32,000 nucleotides of DNA from Candidatus Hermodarchaeota archaeon (GCA_048886185.1 JBHLKY010000005.1:170458-202457); one strand, 5' to 3'. Counted from the first letter of the stretch, positions 18,023-26,828 are shown. Notes: a model not told the origin generated them from the sequence alone. Numbers and translations: made by a program.

Positions 18023-18820
18023 ATGCAAGCAAACTTACAAAAACAAGAACAAGAGATAATATCTCATATGAAACGGGTTAAGCGAAAGATTGTAGTTTTA
18101 TCGGGTAAAGGTGGCGTGGGAAAGTCGACTGTTGCAGCCAATCTTGCCTTGGGTTTTGCTGAAAAATTTCCTGGTAAGGTTGGTATTGCTGATTTAGACT
18201 TCTCAGGCCCTAATATCCCAAAAATCTTAGGTGTAGAAGCTGGAAGATTCTCTCCCCCAGAAAATAAAAAGTTTCATCCAATAAAAGGGCCTAAGGATGT
18301 TAAAATTGTGTCAATGGCCTTTCTTTTAGAGTCACCTTCAACACCTGTTGTATGGCGTGGCCCTCTAAAAATTAAAGCTCTTAGGCAATTTCTGACGGAT
18401 TTTATTTGGGGTGATTTAGAGGTGTTAATTTTCGACTTACCACCAGGAACAGGAGATGAAGCCATTTCCATTATGCAAATGATTCCTGATATGGATGGCG
18501 TTGTGATTGTTACCACTCCACAAGAAATAAGTCTCCTAGATACTGGTAAATCACTCGTTATGTCAAGAAAAATGGATCGTCCAGTCATTGGAATAATAGA
18601 AAACATGTCAGGGTTCATCTGCCCTTCTTGTGGAAAAAAACATGCAATATTTGGAGAAGGGGGTGGAGAAAGAATGGCTAGAGAGTTTGGAACTGAACTT
18701 CTTGGGCAGATTCCATTTGATCCTAAAATCAGAGCTGACGAGGATCAGGGAATTACCCAAGCTTTTAAGTATTTCACTCCTATTGTCGAGAAAATTCTTT
18801 TGAAAAGAATTAATTCATGA
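18023..18820 (+). CDS. mrp: Mrp/NBP35 (ApbC) family Fe-S cluster carrier ATPase
   Basis: VLSGKGGVGKST, PVVWRGP, DLPPGTGDE, VTTPQ, ENMSGFICPSCG, IPFDP. Confidence 0.95.
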   Translation: MQANLQKQEQEIISHMKRVKRKIVVLSGKGGVGKSTVAANLALGFAEKFPGKVGIADLDFSGPNIPKILGVEAGRFSPPENKKFHPIKGPKDVKIVSMAFLLESPSTPVVWRGPLKIKALRQFLTDFIWGDLEVLIFDLPPGTGDEAISIMQMIPDMDGVVIVTTPQEISLLDTGKSLVMSRKMDRPVIGIIENMSGFICPSCGKKHAIFGEGGGERMAREFGTELLGQIPFDPKIRADEDQGITQAFKYFTPIVEKILLKRINS

Positions 18821-18913
18821 ATAGAGGGATATTTGAAAGAATCTATTCTTTATATATTAATTGATGAAAAAAGAAAATTAAAAATTTCTTCATAATTTTA
18901 TGAGGGTAAATGG

Positions 18914-19693
18914 ATGTCTTCACAGCTTGCCCAACTAGCTGAACGAGCTTTAAAATTAATTAAACCATTTAAAAATCTGTTTATTAAGAAAGTAGTCATT
19001 GGAGTTCTTTACACAGGGATGGAATTAGAAGATGAAACAACTGGAGTGTCCTACACATTAACGGATCGTTCCGCCGACCACGAGGGCTACCATCGCCTTC
19101 TTCAAAATGGATTTCTTTCGGACCAAACATTATTTGATTTAATTGAATATTGTTCCTCTCCTTATGCTATATTGAGATCAATTGGAGTTGCTGCACTTAA
19201 CACTTTCAGTCAAGCTCACATTGATTTTTCTGATATCTCTTCTAAAGATATTATTGAGATTTTTAAGCCCACACCAGGCATGGTAGTAGGAATGGTAGGA
19301 AATATCAATCCAATTTCTCTTTACTTGGCTAAGAAAGGCATTTCAGTAAGGATTCTAGACAGATTTATGCCAGCTACCAGTATAAGCAGTATTTCTCAAG
19401 TTAATGAAGTATCAGATCTTGAAGTAGTTGATTCTATCTTTGTTTCTGGTTCTGCGTTAGTATTTGATAACTTTGATGAGATAATCCATTTATTATCCCA
19501 TATATCTGGAAAAAAAATTCTTATTGGACCATCAGCTCAAATATTTCCGAAATTAGCTTTTGATCTTGGATTTTCAGTGGTTGGTAGCTCAAGAATAATC
19601 AATTCCAATTTAACCATGAGAATTATACAGGAAGGTGGGGGATATAAATTTTTCAAAAACTATACCGAAAAATATGTTTTTATAAAAGAATAA
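18914..19693 (+). CDS. DUF364-family Rossmann-like protein (putative metal-binding)
   Basis: VVIGVLYTGMEL...GVSY, RSIGVAALN, VGMVGNI.P, IFVSGSALV, ILIGPSAQ.FP, VVGSS pattern. Confidence 0.75.
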   Translation: MSSQLAQLAERALKLIKPFKNLFIKKVVIGVLYTGMELEDETTGVSYTLTDRSADHEGYHRLLQNGFLSDQTLFDLIEYCSSPYAILRSIGVAALNTFSQAHIDFSDISSKDIIEIFKPTPGMVVGMVGNINPISLYLAKKGISVRILDRFMPATSISSISQVNEVSDLEVVDSIFVSGSALVFDNFDEIIHLLSHISGKKILIGPSAQIFPKLAFDLGFSVVGSSRIINSNLTMRIIQEGGGYKFFKNYTEKYVFIKE

Positions 19694-19734
19694 GCACTTT
19701 TAGATTAAGAAAAAGATAATGAAAGGACTTTTCG

Positions 19735-19788
19735 AATTTTGTGCATATGCACAAAATTTATTAACTAGTTTTGTGCTATAGCTCATTG
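19735..19788. promoter_or_regulatory. Perfect 24-bp palindrome plus degenerate second copy upstream of the DUF5320 gene
   Basis: 19735-19758 AATTTTGTGCATATGCACAAAATT. TATA-like TTTATTAA at 19757-19764. Second site TTTTGTGC-TATA-GCTCATTG at 19769-19788. Confidence 0.7.
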
Positions 19789-19799
19789 GTGATATTATT

Positions 19800-20156
19800 A
19801 TGCCTAGAGGAGATAGAACTGGACCATGGGGATTTGGCTCGATGACTGGCCGAGGATTAGGATATTGTGCTGGATATTCTACTCCGGGATATACAAAAGG
19901 GCCTGGAATGGGATGGGGTCGTAGGTGGGGAGGAGGAGGAGGTTGGGGTCGTAGTCGGGGATTTTATCCAAATTTATATTATTATCCACCTTATGGAACC
20001 CCTTCTTACCCCCCTACGATTGTACCTCCTTGGCCAACCACACTTGATCCAGAAGATGAATCAAAATATCTAGATCAGACACTAAAAAGTTTGAAAAAAG
20101 AGATCGAACTAATAGAGAAGAGATTGGAAGAATTAGCAAGTGAAAGGAAGGATTAA
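19800..20156 (+). CDS. DUF5320-family protein
   Basis: MPRGDRTGP.G.G.MTGRGLGYCAG N-terminus, Gly/Arg/Trp-rich middle, Pro/Tyr-rich linker and C-terminal coiled coil. Confidence 0.88.
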   Translation: MPRGDRTGPWGFGSMTGRGLGYCAGYSTPGYTKGPGMGWGRRWGGGGGWGRSRGFYPNLYYYPPYGTPSYPPTIVPPWPTTLDPEDESKYLDQTLKSLKKEIELIEKRLEELASERKD

Positions 20157-20186
20157 TTAATTTACTAATTGCAGTTATACATCCTT

Positions 20187-20212
20187 CCCTCCTTTTTCTA
20201 ATAAAAAGGGGG
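20187..20212 (+). terminator. Possible hairpin terminator after DUF5320
   Basis: CCTCCTTTTT-CTAAT-AAAAAGGGGG forms a 10-bp stem with one G-U pair, about 30 nt after the stop codon. Confidence 0.35.
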
Positions 20213-20321
20213 TATCTTTCAGCTCAATTGGTAATTTATACCATAAGAGCCTTTTTGAAACAAGAAACCCAATAATGAAAAAGACCCCATTTCATTAATC
20301 AGGAGTTTTAAGTGAATCTTA

Positions 20322-20783
20322 ATGCATGAAAAAGAACAACATGGATTACGAATCATCGAAGAAGATATTATGGAAGTATTGTTCAATTTGCATATTTCCA
20401 GGAATGGAAGACAACGTGTTAAAATGAAAGAAATTTTAGAGATTATGGAAGATAGACTTGCGAAAACCCAGCTGTCAAATATAGTACGCCGAAAACTTGA
20501 ACCAAGGGGATATGTTGATTATCTTCCCTATGAAGGTCTACTCTTAACCAAATTAGGATATCGGGTAGCTCGTCGAATTACTAGAAATCATCGGCTTGCA
20601 GAAGCCATGCTTTATCAAATTTTTGATATGCCATTCAATAAGGTTCACGAAGAGGCTTGTTATCTTGAGCATGGAATTTCTGATGAAATTGCAGAATACA
20701 TATATCGTAAGTTAAAAATGAAAATGACACCGTTTGGAATGCCCATTCCAATGAAGGAGAAAAATAAAGAGCCAGATTGTTGA
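20322..20783 (+). CDS. DtxR/MntR-family metal-dependent transcriptional regulator
   Basis: GYVDYLPYEGLLLTKLG, RNHRLAEAML, HEEACYLEHGIS and TPFGMPIP (CPHGNPIP-like). Confidence 0.88.
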   Translation: MHEKEQHGLRIIEEDIMEVLFNLHISRNGRQRVKMKEILEIMEDRLAKTQLSNIVRRKLEPRGYVDYLPYEGLLLTKLGYRVARRITRNHRLAEAMLYQIFDMPFNKVHEEACYLEHGISDEIAEYIYRKLKMKMTPFGMPIPMKEKNKEPDC

Positions 20784-21014
20784 GATAAGTCTCTAAATGA
20801 AATTCTTATAAGAATACCAGTAACATTAACTTGAATGCAAGATCTTTTTACAAACTTTGCTAAGAAATTAGAAATCTATTATATCCACGCTGTAGGAGTA
20901 AAAATGCATGTGAAGAAAATTGATAATGAGGGAGTTGTGGTTGAAATAAATAAAATATAACAATGAATTCATCTCTTGATTTCTAGGTTTCTTTGTGTCA
21001 AACCCAAAGTTTAA
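20784..21014 (+). pseudogene. Decayed C-terminal FeoA/SH3-like domain of the DtxR regulator
   Basis: In-frame continuation after TGA 20781 reads DKSLNEILIRIPVTLT*MQDLFTNFAKKLEIYYIHAVGVKMHVKKIDNEGVVVEINKI*Q*IHLLISRFLCVKPKV*. Length and pattern fit a DtxR FeoA domain. Confidence 0.5.
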
Positions 21015-21200
21015 ATCCCCAAAATGTCTATTTGATATTAATAAAAAACTTTTCCAAGAATTCAAGAAATCATGTTTGATAGAATTCAAATATATCCTCT
21101 AATTCAGAGGAATGAGTCAAAACAACGAATATTTTTATATCGTTGTTTTAAAATCCTGAAAAACAGTTTTATAAAGAAATGAAATCATAAATATTGGAGT

Positions 21201-21524
21201 GTGTTACATATTAGAGGTTCTGGCCGAGGTGGCCAAGGTGGTAGAAGAAAGCGTTTTAGGGGAGGAAGACCAAGAGTTCAACCTGTCATTAGTGGTGAAT
21301 GGAGTAGTTTAAATGGTGAGATTGAGTTGTCTCTTTCTAATGTAGAGTTAGAGGCCCTAAGATTGGTCGATGAAGAGAATTTGACTCAAGAGCAGGCCGC
21401 AGAACGAATGCATATTTCACGGGGAACTTTGTGGCGAATTTTGCAACAGGCAAGAAAAAAAGTCATTTTAGCGCTTAATTCTGGAAAAGCTTCTGTTCAT
21501 TTAAATATTAGTGAAGAAAAGTAA
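21201..21524 (+). CDS. DUF134-family predicted DNA-binding protein, copy 1
   Basis: ELEALRLVDEENLTQEQAAERMHISRGTLWRILQQARKKVILAL, with a Gly/Arg-rich N-terminus and GTG start. Confidence 0.88.
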   Translation: MLHIRGSGRGGQGGRRKRFRGGRPRVQPVISGEWSSLNGEIELSLSNVELEALRLVDEENLTQEQAAERMHISRGTLWRILQQARKKVILALNSGKASVHLNISEEK

Positions 21525-21731
21525 TGAAATTTTCCTCCCTACGAGAACACTTTTTTAGCTTTTAAATGATAATCTGATGAATAGAACCATTATTTTTGAA
21601 TTATTACTCTTTATTATTGTTTGAATAGCGTAATCCATGCTTTAAATAAAAGCAATTGAAATTAATTGTTTTAAAGAAAGGTTTTCTTTGTTTTAAAGAG
21701 AATTATAATAATCGAACATTTTATAAGGATT

Positions 21732-21749
21732 TGTTCACAAATGTGAACA
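21732..21749. promoter_or_regulatory. Palindromic operator-like site immediately upstream of feoA
   Basis: TGTTCACA-AA-TGTGAACA lies between TATA-like TTATAAG (21721-21727) and the SD-like AGGAGA (21751-21756). Confidence 0.6.
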
Positions 21750-21761
21750 TAGGAGAATGAT

Positions 21762-22007
21762 ATGATTCCACTTGGGCTTTTAACTGAGGGAGATGTAGCA
21801 GAGATTTCACATTCAGAAGGAGGCCGAGGAGTGATCTTAAGGGTCAACGAACTTGGTTTTTATCCTGGAAGCCGTATCAAGATGATTAGGAATGTAAAAG
21901 CAGGCCCAGTACTTGTGGAATTAAAAGGTTGTAGAATTGCAGTTGGCCGAGGAATTTCAATGAAGATTTTTTGTGATAAAATCAAGAAAACAATTATTGA
22001 ACAATAA
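21762..22007 (+). CDS. feoA: Ferrous iron transport protein A
   Basis: RVNELGFYPGSRIKMIRN...GPVLVELKGCRIAVGRGISMKIF, directly upstream of feoB. Confidence 0.92.
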   Translation: MIPLGLLTEGDVAEISHSEGGRGVILRVNELGFYPGSRIKMIRNVKAGPVLVELKGCRIAVGRGISMKIFCDKIKKTIIEQ

Positions 22008-22027
22008 AATCCTTTACAAAGGTAGAA

Positions 22028-24040
22028 TTGGTTGTTTCCCTTATGAAAATTGCCTTGGCTGGAAATCCTAATGTTGGTAAGACAGTCATTTTCAATTTCT
22101 TGACTGGATCTCATCAACATGTAGCTAATTTTCCTGGATGCACTGTTGAACATAAGAAGGGGAAATGCACTTTTGCCGGTAAAACAATGAATGTTATCGA
22201 TTTACCAGGTACTTATAGTCTTAGTGCATATTCTGAAGATGAAATCGTCTCAAGAGAATACCTAATAGATGAAAAACCTGATTTGATTATCAATGTGATT
22301 GATGCATCGAATTTAGAACGTAATTTATTTTTAACCATTCAATTATTGGAGTTGAAACTTCCAATTGTCTTAGTATTAAACATGCTTGACGTAGCTAAAT
22401 CCAAAGGGTTCCTTATTGATGTGGAACGTCTTAGCAAGAAATTAAATGTTCCAGTAATCCCAATGATCGCGACGAAAGGCGAGGGAATGATTGAACTTCT
22501 TAATATGATTCTACAGTACAGAGAAGATAGGAATATTGGATTATTAGTTAAAGGTTCTCTCAGAATCTATGAAGAGAAAATTGCAGACATCATCAAGAAG
22601 TTTGATGCTAGGGGTTTTCTAAACAATTATGATTATACTTGGCTCGGATTGAAACTTTTAGAACAAGATTCAATTATTAGAGGGATAGTAGATGATGCAG
22701 TGTCTAGAGAAAACCCAGAAAACAAAAAAATCTATTGGGAATTGGTAAAAGAGGTAATTCAAGACTTTAAAAACAAGATGAATTTCATAGATCCTGCTGT
22801 ATATATAGTAAATGAAAGATATCGTTTTATTGAAGATTTAATTGATGAAATCATCATTAAAAGAGGAGCAGCTTCTTCAAATATCACCTCCATGTTAGAT
22901 GAAGTTCTTACAGATAAGTATCTTGGTATTCCTATCTTTTTAACAAGTTTGTGGATTATTTTTACCTTTACTTTCACTCTCTCTGAACCCTTTGTACTTA
23001 TCCTTGAGGAGATATTTACCTTCTTATCGTTTCAAATCAAATTTATAATCCCTAATCCAGTTTTAGCTTCCATAGTTTCAGGTATTATAGATGGAGTCGG
23101 GACAATTCTTGTTTTTATCCCTACCCTTTTTCTGCTATTTTTTGCAATGGCTATACTTGAAGATTCTGGTTACATGGCACGAGCTGCTTTTATAATGGAT
23201 AAATGGATGGAAAAAGTAGGTTTGCATGGAAAATCTTTCATCCCATTGATGCTTGGATTTGGGTGCACGGTTCCCGCAATAATGGCCACACGCTCAATAA
23301 GAGGGAAACAAGATAGATTAATAACAATCGCCGTTACTCCTTTTATATCTTGTTCAGCTCGTTTACCAATATACGTTTTATTCGCTGGTGTGTTTTTTCC
23401 TGATTACGCTGGATTTGCTATTCTTACAATGTATGTACTTGGGATCGTAATAGCTGTTCTAAGCGCTTTTGTACTTAATAAGGTCATTTTCACTCATGAG
23501 GATAGACTATTCATTATGGAACTCCCTGAGTATCAGAAACCTAGTATAATTGTAGCCACAAGGGAAATGTGGAATCGTGGTTCCATATTTTTAAAAAAAG
23601 CGGGTACAATAATTCTAGGAGCGTCATTATTAGTATGGACATTAAGTAATATACCATTTGGTGCAACTACCAAAAATACTCTTTTAGGAATGGTAGGAAA
23701 TGTTCTTCAACCCTTGTTTATACCATTTGGATGGAGTTGGGAATTTATTGCTGCTTTAATACTAGGTTTAATAGCTAAAGAAATTATTATAGCAACTTTA
23801 GGTCTCCTTGTTGGGACATCTCTTGAAACATTTTTAGGTTCTTCTCTTTCTCTTAGCCAAGCTTTTTCTTTTATGGTATTCGCTTTACTCTATGTACCTT
23901 GTATTGCTACGATCTCTGTAATGAAAGCAGAAACAAGATCTTGGAAAATAACAGTATTATTAGTTATTAGTTATATTATAATTGCTTATGCAGTAGCTTT
24001 GTTCTTTCGATTAGCTTTATTGATATTAGGATTTGATTAA
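22028..24040 (+). CDS. feoB: Ferrous iron transport protein B
   Basis: GNPNVGKT, NFPGCTVE, DLPGTYSL, LNMLD, EDSGYMARAAF, GFGCTVPAIMATR, SCSARLP, LYVPCIAT. Start may be ATG 22043. Confidence 0.97.
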   Translation: MVVSLMKIALAGNPNVGKTVIFNFLTGSHQHVANFPGCTVEHKKGKCTFAGKTMNVIDLPGTYSLSAYSEDEIVSREYLIDEKPDLIINVIDASNLERNLFLTIQLLELKLPIVLVLNMLDVAKSKGFLIDVERLSKKLNVPVIPMIATKGEGMIELLNMILQYREDRNIGLLVKGSLRIYEEKIADIIKKFDARGFLNNYDYTWLGLKLLEQDSIIRGIVDDAVSRENPENKKIYWELVKEVIQDFKNKMNFIDPAVYIVNERYRFIEDLIDEIIIKRGAASSNITSMLDEVLTDKYLGIPIFLTSLWIIFTFTFTLSEPFVLILEEIFTFLSFQIKFIIPNPVLASIVSGIIDGVGTILVFIPTLFLLFFAMAILEDSGYMARAAFIMDKWMEKVGLHGKSFIPLMLGFGCTVPAIMATRSIRGKQDRLITIAVTPFISCSARLPIYVLFAGVFFPDYAGFAILTMYVLGIVIAVLSAFVLNKVIFTHEDRLFIMELPEYQKPSIIVATREMWNRGSIFLKKAGTIILGASLLVWTLSNIPFGATTKNTLLGMVGNVLQPLFIPFGWSWEFIAALILGLIAKEIIIATLGLLVGTSLETFLGSSLSLSQAFSFMVFALLYVPCIATISVMKAETRSWKITVLLVISYIIIAYAVALFFRLALLILGFD

Positions 24041-24055
24041 AGTAGAGGATAATAA

Positions 24056-24490
24056 ATGCAAAACAATAGGTTGAAGAGATTTACTTATGAAGCAGGAGTC
24101 TATAGCGTTCTTTATATTGTTATAGGCGCATTTGGGCTATTAACATTTTTTTTTGATTCATTCTTTGAAAGTACTCTCATAACGGATCCACTTGAGTCAC
24201 TGATATTAATTTTAATCGCAATAATCTATTTTAGAGGATTTCTAAAGCTTAAGAGTAAAGATAGTTTAGGTATGGCTTATATCTTTGTTGCAGCAATTAT
24301 GGGCCTCTTGTTAGGGGGATTAACTTTCTTAAATTTTGCTGTTAACGGATTTCTAAGGGGTACATTGGAGACACTGCCTTTTTCAAAGATTTTTAAAGAT
24401 TATTTCTCCTTTTCAATAATAGTGGGTAGTTTAAGCATCATTCCACTCAAAGACGTCCAATCTTTTGAAGATAAGATGATAGAAAAATAG
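24056..24490 (+). CDS. Hypothetical 4-TM membrane protein, probably co-transcribed with feoAB
   Basis: Starts 15 nt after feoB with GAGGA upstream and has four hydrophobic segments. Confidence 0.7.
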   Translation: MQNNRLKRFTYEAGVYSVLYIVIGAFGLLTFFFDSFFESTLITDPLESLILILIAIIYFRGFLKLKSKDSLGMAYIFVAAIMGLLLGGLTFLNFAVNGFLRGTLETLPFSKIFKDYFSFSIIVGSLSIIPLKDVQSFEDKMIEK

Positions 24491-25066
24491 ATTGATAGAG
24501 CGAGTTCTTTACAAATCCATTATACAATGACAATTGGCATTTCCTCTAGATATTTTATTGATTGGTATATATCCGTTGATGAGTCGAGATACTGTTAATG
24601 GAGGATTTACTCTAGATACAGAACTCTTTCTTTAAACTATCAATCCTGAGAAAGCTAGAACGCTACAAAACGGAGTATATAGGGCATCCTACCTATGCTG
24701 AAGGAGTCTACATGTGTTTTGGATATGCACTCTTATCATAAAATGTAATAGTGTTCATTTTTATTTTAATACTCTATATTTTACATCTTTTTATTGCTCA
24801 GTCTAGAGAAGAATATTCTAGATTTCCCTAGTACTTATTCTAATAACTGATTTAATTACATAAGCTGCTTATCCAAAAATTACATTTAACAAATCCTTCT
24901 TGATCGAAAACCTGAAAATATATAACTATTTGAATGACAACTAAGGAATTTACAAGTAAAGATTTTCCTTATCCATCAAGGATTCAAAATATTAGATAAT
25001 CAATTTATCTGATCTTAAGTAAGAATTCTTTATCAGTCTGTTAGTCATTATTTTATTTTTTCAAAC

Positions 25067-26587
25067 TTGGTTACTGAAATGAAAGAAAAAATTGATACAA
25101 ATAATAAGAAACTCATTGTTATAGGAGCTGGATTTGGGGGTATTGCATCTGCTATTCGAATGCAAGCTGCAGGTTATAATGTACTTTTATTAGAGAAAAC
25201 TAACCAAATTGGTGGTAAAGCTTCTGTCTTTAAGATCAATAATTATATTTTCGATGCAGGACCAACTGCAATAACGGTTCCTCATTTAATTCAGGAGTTA
25301 TTCGAATTAAATAATGAGAATATGAAAGATTATTTAGAATTAATTCCAATTAGACCCTATTTTCGAATTTATTTTCATGATGGCTCTTATTTCAACTACT
25401 CGACTGTAGAGGAAAATTTTGCCCAAATAAAGAAAATAAGTCCTGAGGATCTTCAGGGTTATAAAAAGATGATGAAATCGATTGAACCAATTTTCCAGAA
25501 GGGTTTTATAGAACTTTCTGATAAACCTTTCGACTCATTCTTCTCAATGTTAAAGATTGGCCCTCCATTACTAAAGTTGGGCGCCTACAGATCAGTATAT
25601 TCTTATGTTTCAAAATATATAAAGAATAAGAAATTACGAATGGTTTTCAGTTATCATCCCTTACTTATTGGAGGAAATCCTTTCAAAATAACTTCGATTT
25701 ATATGCTTATTCAAGCTATTGAAAAAGAATGGGGAGTATGGTTTGCAAAAGGAGGAACTGGTTCTTTAGTTCAGGAGTTTGGAAAACTATTCAAGCGATT
25801 GGGAGGAGAAATAGCCTTAAATAGTGAAGTGGTTAAAATAATTGTCTCTGATAATTCATCTGTTGAAGGAGTAACTACTAAGGATGGGAAATATTATGAT
25901 GCTTCGATAGTTATTTCCAATGTTCCTGTTGCGACCACTTACATGCATATGATTGAAGAAAAATATCGTAAAAAAAATTCCAATAACAGATATTCAAAAG
26001 CAACATATGGGATGAGTGTATTTATGATCTATTTTGGTACAGATTGTAAGTATCCAAATCTCCATATTCATAATATTTTATTAGGCCCTAATTATAAAAG
26101 TTTGATTACTGATATCTTTAATAAAAAGCGCTTAAGCAAGGAAGGTAACTTTTCAGCTTATCTATATATTCCTACACAAGTAGATCCCACCCTTGCTCCA
26201 GGAGAAGGGGAATCATGTTATATCTTAGTCCCAGTGCCCAATCAAGATTCTAATATAGATTGGGAACATAAGAAAGCTCAGTTTCGTGATCATATTATCA
26301 GCTCCATTGAAAGTAGATTCATGCCAGATTTGCAAAAGCACATCATCGTTGAAAAAATAATGACTCCAGCAGATTTTGAAAAGTTGCATTCTGATTATAA
26401 AGGAGCAGTATTTTCGCTAGCTCCAACTTTCACCCAATCTGCTTGGTTTAGGCCTCACAATAAATCAGAGGACATTAAGGGACTATATCTTGTTGGAGCT
26501 GGTACTCATCCAGGTGGGGGCATTCCAGGAGTACTTACAAGTGCAAAAATAACTTCTAACCAAATACTTCAATCTTCATTACCCTGA
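25067..26587 (+). CDS. crtI: Phytoene desaturase (CrtI-type carotenoid desaturase)
   Basis: IVIGAGFGGIASA, FDAGPT, FSYHPLLIGGNPF, GVWFAKGGTG, GAVFSLAPTFTQSAWFRPHN, LVGAGTHPGGGIPGV. Start may be ATG 25079. The exact CrtI/CrtN/CrtD subtype is not resolved. Confidence 0.9.
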   Translation: MVTEMKEKIDTNNKKLIVIGAGFGGIASAIRMQAAGYNVLLLEKTNQIGGKASVFKINNYIFDAGPTAITVPHLIQELFELNNENMKDYLELIPIRPYFRIYFHDGSYFNYSTVEENFAQIKKISPEDLQGYKKMMKSIEPIFQKGFIELSDKPFDSFFSMLKIGPPLLKLGAYRSVYSYVSKYIKNKKLRMVFSYHPLLIGGNPFKITSIYMLIQAIEKEWGVWFAKGGTGSLVQEFGKLFKRLGGEIALNSEVVKIIVSDNSSVEGVTTKDGKYYDASIVISNVPVATTYMHMIEEKYRKKNSNNRYSKATYGMSVFMIYFGTDCKYPNLHIHNILLGPNYKSLITDIFNKKRLSKEGNFSAYLYIPTQVDPTLAPGEGESCYILVPVPNQDSNIDWEHKKAQFRDHIISSIESRFMPDLQKHIIVEKIMTPADFEKLHSDYKGAVFSLAPTFTQSAWFRPHNKSEDIKGLYLVGAGTHPGGGIPGVLTSAKITSNQILQSSLP

Positions 26588-26828
26588 AAACATTTATTTA
26601 TTTTGATAAAGCAAAGAATACTTCAGCGAGAATTCAACACCGTAAGTTGTAAAAGGAGTTAAGAAATTAGTTAATATTTTGAAAGATCGGGTTATGGGTA
26701 TCTTTTCTTAGTAAGAAAATGAAGTGAGTAGTTTCTTATCTCAACGATATTTGAACATAAACTCCGCTTTTCTTGGAACTAATATTTTATCGGCCTATTT
26801 CTTACTGATCCTTATTGATTTTTAATCC

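Noticed and set aside
14090-18618. Antisense or alternative-frame ORFs from the track (14090-14512, 14756-14938, 14790-14999, 15292-15645, 18274-18618 and similar ones elsewhere)
   Set aside because: They overlap well-supported genes and lack motifs, so they are treated as shadow ORFs.
18890-18903. TCATAA-TT-TTATGA palindrome before DUF364
   Set aside because: 6-bp arms in the opposite orientation to the island motif; too weak to count.
20273-20297. TAATGAAA-N9-TTTCATTA inverted repeat before dtxR
   Set aside because: Single AT-rich instance matching neither operator; cannot be told from chance.
20781-20966. Genome-wide TGA recoding suggested by in-frame TGA codons
   Set aside because: TGA ends intact genes at expected positions (DDAH 10469, ATPase 15796 in an ATGA overlap), and the relic also contains a TAA.
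21594-21613. TTTTGAAT-TATT-ACTCTTTA as another copy of the island motif before feoA
   Set aside because: Two mismatches to an already degenerate AT-rich consensus, about 150 nt from the start codon; needs a statistical scan.
26703-26719. TTTTCTTA-G-TAAGAAAA palindrome between convergent crtI and DUF134
   Set aside because: The stem is almost all A-T and about 110 nt from either stop; weak terminator evidence.
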